A stretch of 62,088 bases of DNA, counting the filler, from Pelomyxa schiedti (Eukaryota > Protista > Evosea), in NCBI GenBank assembly GCA_020536535.1. It is 9 parts of 9 records of this genome, joined end to end, with 100 filler letters (N's around TTAATTAATTAA, not from the genome) between each part and the next. Parts side by side here need not be neighbours in the genome. Positions count along the whole stretch, not along the records: positions 1 to 5,095 come from JAHLWZ010001524.1; positions 5,196 to 30,237 come from JAHLWZ010000343.1; 7 more parts are not named here. One strand, written 5' to 3'. Made by a program: the position numbers and the translations under genes. The first letter of the stretch is position 1; each line of letters starts with the position of its first letter. A model generated the notes under the pieces. The model was given only the letters and a program-made list of their open reading frames with translations. It was not told the origin of the DNA and searched no databases. This document shows, piece after piece, positions 1-11,000 of the stretch.

Positions 1-324
1 TTATATTCAAGTCGGGTGTCGATCCCAAAGCCCCTTCGAGCAGTGGTTGTCGATAACACACTCCATTGACACTGGTTAACCACACAAGGTGACCACTGCT
101 TGTTGCTCGCTGTGAAGACTGTGAATTTAATCACACTCAATGAACTCCTTGTCACTTGCCAAATGAATCCAAATACCTTTGATTCTCGGGGATTATCACC
201 GTTGCACATTGCAGTGTGCTCACGTAATGTTGAAATGGCAAAACTTCTGCTGGTATGACCCACTTTCTCTCACTGATTCGACTGAACTGTTCCCCTCTTC
301 AAGGCAAATGGACTGAAACATTAA
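1..324 (+). CDS. 3' end of an ankyrin-repeat protein (partial; introns 46-88 and 253-303)
   Basis: Manual splicing gives ..SGVDPKAPSSS/GDHCLLLAVK..MNPNTFDSRGLSPLHIAVCSRNVEMAKLLL/ANGLKH*. G-x-[ST]PLHIA..N.E..KLLL is the ankyrin consensus. Not in the ORF track. Confidence 0.8.
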
Positions 325-889
325 AATTAATTACCACAGGTGTATTTAAAGGGGACAAAGAAAATCAATAAATTTAAACGGGGGAAAAAAAAAAAGCAAG
401 GTACTGTTCTGTTCGCACTTACTTGTTGGTTGTGTACTCAATACATGCTTAAACGGGGGAAAAAAAAAAAACACAACGTAATTACAACACACGACACGTA
501 CGTGGATCTTGACATGATCGGTTGGTCTTTAAAGAAAATAAAGTGTGAAAAAGCTACAGCAGGGAAAACGTGATCCACGTTCTGTCACTCAAAAACTCAC
601 TCAGATCGCCCTCCTCTGTCATCTCCTCTATCATCACTCTTCCAGTCACACAATCCGAGCTCACAGGGCCATCACAGAAGTCCACGCTTTCTCGCACACC
701 AGACTCACAATCATCATGAACAAAAACGAAAAAAGACCCAAAAAAAGAAGCCGGTCTCGGTACAGTTTATTTTACACCACAAACAAAAAAAAGCCACAGC
801 CTCATTGTGGGACGCGAGGCCCCTACCGTGCTGGTGTTGTCTGTTGTTTGTCCCTGTGATCCACCACACCAGCCAGCCACCCACCCACA

Positions 890-1042
890 ATGGCAACCCA
901 CACTCACCCGCCGCACACAAAGGCCACCACCACGAGAGCCCACCACCACTACCACAAAACCATTCCCAACGCCCCCAGCGGCGACGGCGACGAGGACGAC
1001 TCGATCGGCAGCAGTGGCAGCCCCACCAGCACCACCACCACC

Positions 1043-1131
<89 letters not shown>

Positions 1132-1376
1132 GCGCAGCCGCAGCGGCAGCAACAGCTCGTCGTCCTCGTCCTCATCGTCCTCGCCGTCCTCCCCCGCGTG
1201 CGCAGCAGCATCCACATCCACGGCGGCGTCGTCGCTGCCCGGCCTGTCCACGGCTGCTGCCACCGCTTCCTCGGCGGCCGACGCGGGGGGCACAGTGTCA
1301 CCAACCACGGGGATCAAGAGGCGGCACGGGGCGCAGAACCCCACGGCCACCACCGGGGGGCACGGCCACAAGCGCA

Positions 1377-1421
<45 letters not shown>

Positions 1422-1456
1422 TACAGTCGACAGTGACTACCACCACCACGGGCACG
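890..1456 (+). other. Duplicate of the GSK3 gene 5' coding exon (His/Thr/Asn/Ser/Gln low-complexity), possibly exon 1 of a chimeric gene
   Basis: From about 912 to 1456 it is near-identical to 44408-44850 (HTKATTTRAHHHYHKTIPNAPSGDGDEDDS..GHGHKRRQQQ..IQSTVTTTT). It diverges abruptly after GGCACGG at about 1457. Confidence 0.85.
1043..1129 (+). repeat. (AAC)n microsatellite, about 29 units (poly-Asn in the likely frame)
   Basis: Direct reading. The homologous tract near 44530 has only about 3-4 units. Confidence 0.95.
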
Positions 1457-1561
1457 GTGAATGGAGCCAGTCCCACTGTGTGTTGCCTTTCAAAGATTTT
1501 CCCGACATAACGTTAGTTTGTGCTGTGACAGTTGCAATCTTCGGTTGGAATTCCGTTGGAG

Positions 1562-2876
1562 ATGGTCATGCAAACAGGATACCCTGAATGGATCGAAGCG
1601 TTTCGCAATGCACAGGCAACTGATTCCTTGAATAATTCAACCAAAATCAATTTTAACACTTCACAAACAAGACACTGGTGATCCCGGTGTATACTGTGAC
1701 AGAAATCCTGGCCTTATTGCCCCCAAGGGACTTGTACAGATGCCGAAGAGTTTGCAAGGTGAGTTCTCCGAAACTTATTTGAATATAAAATATAATTGGC
1801 ATCAGGATTTCCGGATTCTCGCTGATGAAATTATTGCACAGCCAAGCTATTGGTCAAATCTCAAACTTTCAAAAGAGTTTTATGTTAACTCCGCTGCAAT
1901 GTTACGCCAATGTTCGGTGGGGATCCAAGATTTTGTGCAACCAGATCCCCCTGCAGTGCCTGTGGGCTCCGCACCAGAACCTGATTACCTCTTCAAATAC
2001 GTAGTCGTGGGTTTGTCAGCCTTTTTACTTTGATGCACCTGTTTAACTCTTTCCAGGGGATACCCGAGCCGGTAAAAAGGAATTGATGCAATGTTTTGTC
2101 CGCCATTCTTTCCAAAACTCCGAAAATCCTGAATTTGTGGTGAAAACTGTCAAGTGCAATGAACGGGTTATTTCTTGTCCATTGAGCCAACTGCCTGCTA
2201 ACTCACACTATTAGACTATTAAACTCCAAGGTTTCCCTTTTCTCCGATCATATCTTTCCTTTAGTAAATGTTCACAAGTGTGGAAGTATTCTCCAGCTAG
2301 GTTCCGCGTCAACAACCGATTCCGGGGGGCTGGGTTAGTAATGATTGGCTTTGATTTGACAGGTGACCACCCCCTCCATCATGATATTCCTCCTGTATTT
2401 AATGCCGTCACCCAGACCGGGAGGCATTTGACAACCTTAAGAATTGGTTCGAAGACTTGCAGAGATATGCCCCCGAGGTATCGTTTTAAAACGCAACACC
2501 CACAACACAGTGTCTCCTTCACTAACCCCCAAAAAAAGAATGTCCGGATGGTGGTTATTGGAATGAAATCCGACTTACCAAATCACGCAGTCACAACCCA
2601 GGAAGTGCATGACAACCTCAACATACACCTTCCCCATTTCTTCTAACAGCTCCTTTTCATATGTAGATAACCGCACTGTGCACTGAATTGCGAGAGGCAT
2701 CAGGCTCTGAGGATCAGATTTATTATGTTGAAACAAGCAGCCGCATGTGTTATAACGTGGATTTGGCCTTCAAGGTGGCAACTCATGTGCTGATGAAGTA
2801 CAGAGGACTACCACCAAAGCCAACACCCACCCCATCAACAAAGCAAAACCCAAAGAAGGACTGTCTTATCTGTTAG
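1562..2876 (+). CDS. F-box + degenerate Rab/Ras-like GTPase domain with C-terminal prenylation-type motif (multi-exon)
   Basis: Spliced exons give LVIPVYTVTEILALLPPRDLYRCRRVCK/DFRILADE (F-box), then DYLFKYVVVG/DTRAGKK (G1), IKLQ/VWKYSP (G3), FDLT/DREAFDNLKNWFEDLQRYAP, IGMKSD (G4), ETSS (G5), and the end KKDCLIC*. Confidence 0.8.
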
Positions 2877-4429
2877 TCTGACAGTGGTGATGAGGGAGAG
2901 GCATTTACGGCACTTTGAGTCTTCAGAACATGTGGCACAACGTGGATTGGATAGAAATGACCTTTAGAAAAGGTTTTAGACTTATGTTAGCTTTGCCGGT
3001 AGCTCGGTCGAATTTTCTAGCAGTTCCGCACAGGAGTTTTCACAAACAGAACAAAAAGCTAGAAACCTGAGCAGATCTGGTCAGATGTGTTGCGATCTGC
3101 TGCCTGTCGGTGGTTGTTGTTGTTCACAACTCTGAGAGTGTGTGCCGGAGTGCAAACAACAACCCATGTCAGTTGTGTGTGGGGCTGTGGTTTATGCCTT
3201 CGAGGAAACCCACGAAAAAGAACCACCCAGCTGAAGGGGAAAAAAAAAGACCCGATGTGTTGTTTATTATGCTGTGCAACAATAAGAACGGCCAAAGTCA
3301 TACCACCAGGCTGAGTGGCAAGACACCAATGTTGGCAACAGTGCCACAATGGGTGTTTCTCGAAGGACAGCGTTGATTTGGTGCCAGACAATCATTTCTG
3401 CTGTCGAAGTTCAGTGACATCGCTGGCAGCACCCAGTGGTGAATTTCCGGGAGGAGCTCTGCCTGCTAGAGGGAGGACGTGTCGACACCACCCAGTCCTG
3501 TTTTTTTCGAAAACTCAAGGTGCCTGGTCGCTGCCAAGTAACCTGCCAAGTGACAGGTGTGTTCGGGGTATGGGTGGCTGTCACTCCACTGTGCGTTGTT
3601 GTTGCAGTTGTTGTTGACAAGGCACGGTGGTGGTTGCCCACATCACACCGGTGTGTCTATTTCTTTTGATTGTTTTCCCGAACTCAATCGGGAATGACAC
3701 AAACTAAAAATAGTTTTATTTTTGGAATTTTTTTCCTCTTCCCGGGGGATTGGAGTGGAAATAACTTCGCAAATACTGACAATCCTCACAACCCAGCCAC
3801 AGGAACACTCACAGCGATTAATTCTCTACACAACCATCTGACGATATTCCTCGGTTGTGTCCAGGGGCCCCTCTAGGTTTGGTGCGGTCGTTGAAACACA
3901 GCACAGTTCCGTAAAGACCACGTAGTTCGACGGTAAGACACCGTACCGGAAAGCGGAAAAACAGGGTTCGATTTCCCTTGCTCTTCCTTCATGGAGGGTG
4001 AGTTGTTGACCTCAATGGGCTGGTTGTTGGGGTTGCACACTCCTTTGGGAATCTTCCAAATTGAGAGATTGAATACTCAGTAATTCTGTGGTATAACTGA
4101 GATAGTATTTGCTTTTCAACTTTGTGTTGCATATCCTGGAGAAGAGCTAAAAGTGCCCTTGAGTCATGGGCAACACCTTTCAAAGCCTGTAGACAGCAAT
4201 TGATTACTCTCCATTTGTTTGTTTGTTGAGGGTAATTAATTTTGGATTGTGGAATTGAATTATTTTTTTTTCTGGCCACAGAAGAAAAAAATTGCTGGTG
4301 GAACTGTCTGGGTAGAAGCCTTTTTGGAAGACCTCTCAAAGTTTCCACATTTCTCCCCAGAAGTGATTCCATCTCTCTCACAGGAAGAGAAACTGATCCT
4401 GACAAATCACAAAACCCAGTGTTCACTTC

Positions 4430-4622
4430 AATATCAGCCTCAGCTTCAGCCTGAGCCCCAACCCCAGCCTCAGTCCCAGCCTCAGCCTCAGCCTCAGCCT
4501 CAGCCCCAGCCCCAACCCCAACCCCAACCCCAACCCCAGCCTCAGTCACAGCCTCCAGCTCCATCTCAGCCTCAGTCTGTGCCTCAGCCTCAGTCTCAGC
4601 CTCAGTCTCAGTCTCAGTCTCA
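4430..4622. repeat. Hexamer-based (CAGCCT/CAGTCT/CAACCC) repeat, probably coding (Gln-Pro on + or Glu-Ala on -) in an unresolved gene at about 3900-4710
   Basis: Direct reading. A good + strand intron (GTTTGT..CACAG, about 4216-4279) flanks it, but a - strand ORF is also plausible. Confidence 0.6.
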
Positions 4623-5095
4623 GGTTCACACTAGAAAGCTTTATCAGCAATACAAGACCGCACATTCATATACATGTTCTTATGTACATATATTAATGGC
4701 GGAACTATAGCGGAAATATATATACTTTACATTTTTTTTCATGCCGAAAATATATATTACAATTAAAAATGAGTGAAAGGAAGCAAAAAAAAAAAAGCAA
4801 ACCTCTTTTATGCTCCCTTTTTTGATGTGTCCCTGGAAAATTTTAATTTAATTTAAATAATTAAAAATTAAAGAAAAAAAAAACCTTCCAACGATTCTTC
4901 CTAACCCCACTTAATCTGATTCTCGCAGCAATTAATGATGCTTTGAGCTTAAACAGAGATTATTTTGAATAAAAACCAAAGAGTACACACTCGTCCCATG
5001 ACTGCAATTTTCCCGCCAAATAAAAACTTAAAGTGGCAGTTGTTGCCACCGTCGGCGCCGACGGCACCTGCTTGTGATCAAACCGATTTTTTTTT

Positions 5096-5195
5096 NNNNN
5101 NNNNNNNNNNNNNNNNNNNNNNNNNNNNNNNNNNNNNNNTTAATTAATTAANNNNNNNNNNNNNNNNNNNNNNNNNNNNNNNNNNNNNNNNNNNN
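5096..5195. other. Assembly gap with TTAATTAATTAA six-frame-stop linker (same at about 30282, 32060, 38312, 39467, 41558, 43553, 50638)
   Basis: An identical 12-mer centred in N runs at 8 sites. Confidence 0.95.
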
Positions 5196-5928
5196 TCCCC
5201 CCCCCCCCCCCCCAAATAAGTTCAACTACATTGCATTGGAGTGATGTAAGACCTCTTTTGGCTTTCTAACTAATGTCTCAATTAGTTGGCTACCTTATTT
5301 GGCTACATAAACCCAACAAACAAAAACAGGATTTTTATTCAAATTGGTTTTTTGTCAGACACAGTACCCAGTAACGAACATCTACATCCCCATCTTCAGG
5401 CACGTCTGTGCGCTGGGCGGCATCTACCTCTGGAGACTGGTGACGCGACACTCGGATTCGATCGATCAAACATATTGGGGAAACAAAGCCCAGGTGCCAG
5501 GGAAAAGCACTCGTCACCTCCATTCCGCCAGAGCCCAATCCAGTGCATTGGGGAACCCGCCTCCCGTGAGGGTTCTGTAGCCACAACGGCCTTTTTGTAT
5601 GGTGCTTCCTTGGAGTTTATTGCTCGTTGATCATTCAGTGTAATCAAATTGAATTGTCCCTTGGCTATTGTTTCAAACCATAGATTCTTTGTTTCTGGTT
5701 GACCCTACGTTGCAGCCCCTCAGATTTCCTCTCGATGGTCCATGGCCAGCTTCTTGGCTCACACACGCTCTCCCAGAAACAAGAAGCACCTGTGATGTAC
5801 ACGTTATGTTCTTTCCGTTCCCACGTGTTCAACAACAATGGAGGAAGTGACAGGAAGTGAACAGCCAGACCACCACTTCGCTTCTGAGAAGGACAAAATC
5901 AAAAATCTGGAAATTTCCGTGGTTGCGA

Positions 5929-7949
5929 ATGGCATCGCAGGCCGGGCCTCAAGACGTGGCGGGTCTCAACGAAAAAGTAGGCGCCGCGATGTGCCAGTTC
6001 GCCACACATTACTTCCACGGCGACTCAGTCGACCGCGACGTCGACAAGGCCGTGTCGCTCTGGGAGGGCGCAGCACGCCTGCGCCACCCGCAGGCCCTGG
6101 CCCAGCTCGCCTGGTGCCACCACCACGGCGTCGGCGTCGACCGCGACCTGCCGAGGGCCGTGTCACTCTACGAGGACGCCATCAGCCTCGACAAGACCGC
6201 GTCGTGGCGGCTTGGTGTGTGCTACTTGCACGGCCACGGTGTGGATAGGGACTGGGCCAGGGCCGCGGATCTGATGCAGCAATCCGGAAATGATCCAGAT
6301 GCGGTTGCATACCTTGGGTGGTGCTATTTGTGGGGATGTGGTGTGGAGAGGGACGAGGCGAGGGCCGTGGAACTGTTAAGTAGCGGTGCTAGTTCTGGCT
6401 GCGCGAGGGCGGCTGTGTTCCTTGGGTATTGCCGGGAAAGGGGTATTGGTGTGGCCAGAGACGTGGCCCACGCCAATGCGTTGTATGCTGGGGGAAAGGA
6501 GGTGCCTGATGGTAGGGGGGCTCTTGGGGAACTTGGGGAGTTTTGCCAAAGGGGTGATTGCGGTGCTCCAGTGGACAAGAGGGCCGCTGTTGGGTATTTC
6601 AGGATGGGTGCTGAGGGTGGTGATCCTGTTTCAATGTTCCACCTTGGCGTGTGTCTCAGGGATGCTGTTGTTGGTGTTGACTGTGACAGGGAGCAGTCGC
6701 ACCATTGGCTGGAGAAGGCTGCTCAGTTTGGGCACAAAGTTTCCTTCCAGATTAAAACCCTGGTGTGTTATTGTTCAGCCACCTGCACAGAACTGAACCC
6801 TCCTTAGGGGTACGAAATGGCAAGAAATATGGAATCATCGTACCAACTCCAAAACTACACAAAGGAAGATCTCTCGACATCAAGTAGCATGGATTTCGGG
6901 GTTTGGAGGTTCCTTGGGTCAAATGGGTCAAATGGTGCTGTCTTCAAGGTGCAATACCACAGAGGGCAAACAGAATTGGCCTCAACACCCACATCGACGA
7001 GCGAAATTGCGCTCAAGGTGCTTTTCAACTGGGCTAACACACCACAGCAGATGATGCTGAGGCATAAATACAATGCCGAGTTTGTGGTACTCTCGCTTCT
7101 TCCAAATCACCCAAACGTGATCCACCCTCTTGGTGCCTTGGTCCTCCCTTGGTGTGTGCACATTTTGTGATAATTATTAACTCACTCATTAATGCTCACC
7201 CACTCAACTCCAAAGCTTGCCAAGTGAGGACTATTTCAGCCAACCGGCCAACGAACTATTGGACACCCTCACACTCCATTGTTGGATCTCACTGGCATCA
7301 TTCCTCTCTCTCTCTTTGAAAGAATCTTTCTCTTTAGGAGTCACACAGGATCTGTTTGTTCAAGCACATTGAGTCACAATCCATTGTTCACAGGTTCGCG
7401 TGTGTCAGGTTCCCTTAGGGATAGCTCAACCACCACAGGAACATCAAGGAAGACAACATCATGGTGGACCCAGAGAGTGGCAAGCTGACACTGATTGACT
7501 TTGGCGAAGCTCAACACTGCCAAAACATGGATGTGGTACTGTCACCTGGAGCGGCAGTATGGGGAAACACAGGCACGATGCCACCAGAGCTGAGCTTGTT
7601 CCTCAAGAGTATCACGAGGGGAACCAGTGGTGTGTTCTCATACTCAAAGTGTGACTCTTTTGCACTCGCCCTCACATTCTGGGATGCACTCTTGCCACCC
7701 TCCCACAAGTTCATTGGGAGCACACTGAACCATGACATGAGTGCATTCAGCACCCAGTCGCTCGTCGACTTGTTCCCAGTCCCCTTGTTTTCATTGACAC
7801 CTCCCCAACCACAAGCGGTGATCACAGCAGCACAGGATGATGTCTCCCACACTGCCAACATTTTGCAGTCGGTGATGATTGGAATGATGAACCCTGACAA
7901 AACACTCAGGCTCTCTGCCACTGACGCGATCTCAGCACTAAGACACTAA
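5929..7949 (+). pseudogene. Sel1-repeat protein kinase paralogue 1 (frameshifted; catalytic HRD changed to HRN)
   Basis: Sel1 repeats (GVGVDRDLPRAVSLY, GCGVERDEARAV) splice to a kinase (FLGSNGSNGAVFKV, IALKVLF, DFGEAQ, WGNTGTMPPE). Relative to paralogue 2 a 17-nt deletion at about 7364 gives TGA at 7370-7372. The catalytic loop reads HR/NIKEDN. Confidence 0.8.
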
Positions 7950-8038
7950 AAAATTCGCAATTTCGTTGGTGTTGATAAATAACAACCCTTCGACCTTGTC
8001 TTAGTGTCACAGCTTTACAACACCGCCCATAATCGCGA

Positions 8039-11000
8039 ATGGCATCATGGTTCGGCGCGCTTTGGTCGGCCGCGACCACTACGACTGCTCCGCCTCCCTC
8101 GTCGTCGTATCCCCCGGCGTACACATCCCCAACCCCGCCGCCGGGCGTACCTCCCATAACCGCACTTAGCCAGCCACTGCCCCCTCCATTAGTCGCCGCC
8201 CCCACCAATAACAACCTGTTGAATACGTCGCTGTTGCCTCCGCTATTCTCGTTGACGCCCCCGCCGTCTCACACCCCAGTCGTTTCCGCGCCCCCCACAA
8301 CCAGTCCCATTATTGCCCCCGCGGCCCTTCCCAATGCAACGGCAATTAGTCCCGTCCCCGCCGTCAGTGTTGGCGTTGGCGTCGGCAGCATTAATAGCCC
8401 GGTAGTGGCCACTTCAGTAATTGGGGCGTCCCATAATTCTAAACCGTCACCGCCACAACAACCCACCACTACCATCGCCAGCACAACAGGGGGTACACTC
8501 ATCAGGGATTCTACTATTAATTCTGCTGCTCAAATCAACCCACCACAACCTAAAATTGTACAGCAGCAGGCAAAGTGCTCGTCTATTCTGGCTGAAATAT
8601 TCAACGATTGTATGTCGTTCCTCTCCTAGGTTTTTATTTTTTGTTTGACCCTATTTTCCTTCGCAAGCATTTAATGTTTAATGTGACTAATTACTTATTG
8701 CTTTTCTCTTGGGGTAGCTCTACCATCTGATAAGTTGGATGAAGCACTCTCGGAGTTAAGTGATATGACTGTGGCTCACCATCACTTGTGTTCTGTATGT
8801 ATAGAACTATTTGCAATTGCTTGTTTTAACTGACGTCATATTTTTTTCATGAGCAGCTTATTGGGAACAGCATTCCTGATCTCATCAAGATACTGAAAGA
8901 GGGCAACCGCTACACTCCTGGCCATGCGCAGCTTGTCCTGCAAATACTCTGTGAAATCTGTACTCCTCAGCCAGCCACAAAGCAAGTGTCACATGCACCC
9001 GACTCCTCTAGTGTTGAGAAATCCAACGCCGAGTCTGTTATCAAGGTATACTAGAAAACCTATTTTTGCTGAGTATTACCTAATTTCTGTTAACAGCACA
9101 TCGGGATCATAATCAACCTCATTGAATTGCGCGCTCAACACTATTACATCCGTTATTACACTGCCCATCTCTTGCGCACTCTGTTGGGAGTAATCAGACC
9201 ACAACTGCAATCAGCACTTATGGATACACCCCTGGCCATTGGGAGGGTTGTGGATTTATTGGCTGATGAGCGTGAAGCTGTGCGAAATGGTGTGATTGAC
9301 CTTCACTCCCTGTCTCGTGTGTGTAACTTCCCACAGAAGGGTTACTGCTTTTGCAGCAGCTGTGCAATGACCACCAGGAAATCCAGAAAGTGGGTATTAT
9401 TGTCTCCCTTATGCTTGTTTGGTCACCATTTCCTCAGTTGGCCGCCTTCGAGGGTTGCTTTGAAAAGATTCTCCACATCATTACCCAAGAGGGGGGAAGT
9501 GAGGGGGGCATTGTCGTTGGAGACTGTCTTGCTCTCATCATCACATTACTCACAGGAAATGTCTCAAATAAGGTAATTCTCACCTTTCTACTTTGAAGTG
9601 CCAACTGGTGAAACCAAAAAAGAACAATTTTCGTGAAAGTGGGTGCATCCGAGGAATTGTCGACTTGCTTGATCTTCTTCCAAGTGACATGTGGCTGCTT
9701 ACAGACAACAAACTCAGAGCTATTTTGTTGACACTTGATATAATAAGGCTGCTGCTGTCCAAGAATAACACAAGTGATTTGCCTCGAAATCAGGCAAGAT
9801 ACTTCCTTTTTTTTCCTTCACTTTGACATTCCCACACAGGCTGCTTGCATCAAGGCTGGAATTCTCAACCATGTCATCAGCATCGCACTTGGGCAGGTCA
9901 ACTCGCTGCTACTGCGAGTCAGGGCCTTGTATGCCCTTGGGGATTTACTTCACAGCAATCCCGAATCTCGCTCACTTTTCACTCAGGCATGCGTCTTGGT
10001 GTCTGACAAGCCAATTTCCGCTGTCCTCAGGCAAGAAAAGATGTTAGAAAAACAATCAAATACTCACACTTGCCAACAGGCTTACAACAGTCGCATTGAA
10101 TACAAACGAGATGAAAGAAAGAGCAGCTACCCTGTTCGCCTTTCAAGTACTCTTCTTCCCACTACTCAGAGTATATTTCTCACGCTCCCCCAGAACTACT
10201 TGTGCCAAAATGAGGAGGGTCAAGTCGGCATTACATCCATGTTAACTCCCTCTCCAACCGCAGGTTAATTATCAACCTCTTCTCAATTTCAAAATATTTT
10301 ATCCACTTGTTTTTGATATTGAATAACAGTGGTAGAGCAGGAGACAGAAACACCTCATTTGCAGCTTTGCTGCTCCCTAAATTATACGGATGGGATACAC
10401 CAACCACAAATCAGCAGCCACCAATGATACGTGTTGAGAGAGTGGATAGCATTGGAGGGTGGTGTGCAGCCATGGTTTTGCTTCAGTTACTCCAAGGGTG
10501 CAATGCCAGCAAAGAGTTGTTGTTGAAGATACCTCTGACAATTCCATCTGATGGTACTTCACTCATCAAAAGCAATCAATACTCACCATCTCTGCAGGTA
10601 AAACCATCTTGATTCGAGTCTTTGAGGCACTGAAACACAGCACCTCTGTCACATGGAATTCACCTTGCTGGATATGTGTGGGATTGCTGCGAGTTCTACT
10701 CGAGTGGTTGAACAAGTCCCGCCCCGCTTGCGAAATTCTTTTTCCGGCTTCACTTGCTCAGCCCAACTTCATATATGTGCGCATTGGGTCAAGGCATTCC
10801 TTTCTGGATACTGACTCATCTACTAGTTTCTGGAGCTGAGTAATGACTCACAGGCAAGCATTCATATACAGGGTCTGGCAGTACTCATTCTTGCCATTGC
10901 TTTGGAAAACTTGAATGATGAGTTGAGGTAAAAACAAATATAAATGCAAAAATTTTCCTTAAAACATGCACAGAAATTCGTTTTATACCATTGCGCAACA

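Noticed and set aside
714-1587. Long overlapping ORFs with poly-Cys, poly-Leu, poly-Thr or poly-Gln (also at 43878-45245, 51067-52036, 58567-59432)
   Set aside because: Shadow frames of GC-rich trinucleotide-repeat exons. The true frame is fixed by continuity with GSK3 or other conserved domains.
3955-3985. GGTTCGATTTCCC resembling a tRNA T-loop/B-box
   Set aside because: The T-stem does not close properly, and I find no acceptor stem or anticodon arm.
5050-5070. 16-bp GC palindrome CCGTCGGCGCCGACGG
   Set aside because: Short, next to a contig end, and with no context to suggest a function.
5140-5152. Recurring TTAATTAATTAA motif (8 sites)
   Set aside because: Always centred in N runs; an artificial scaffold linker, not a biological repeat or recombination site.
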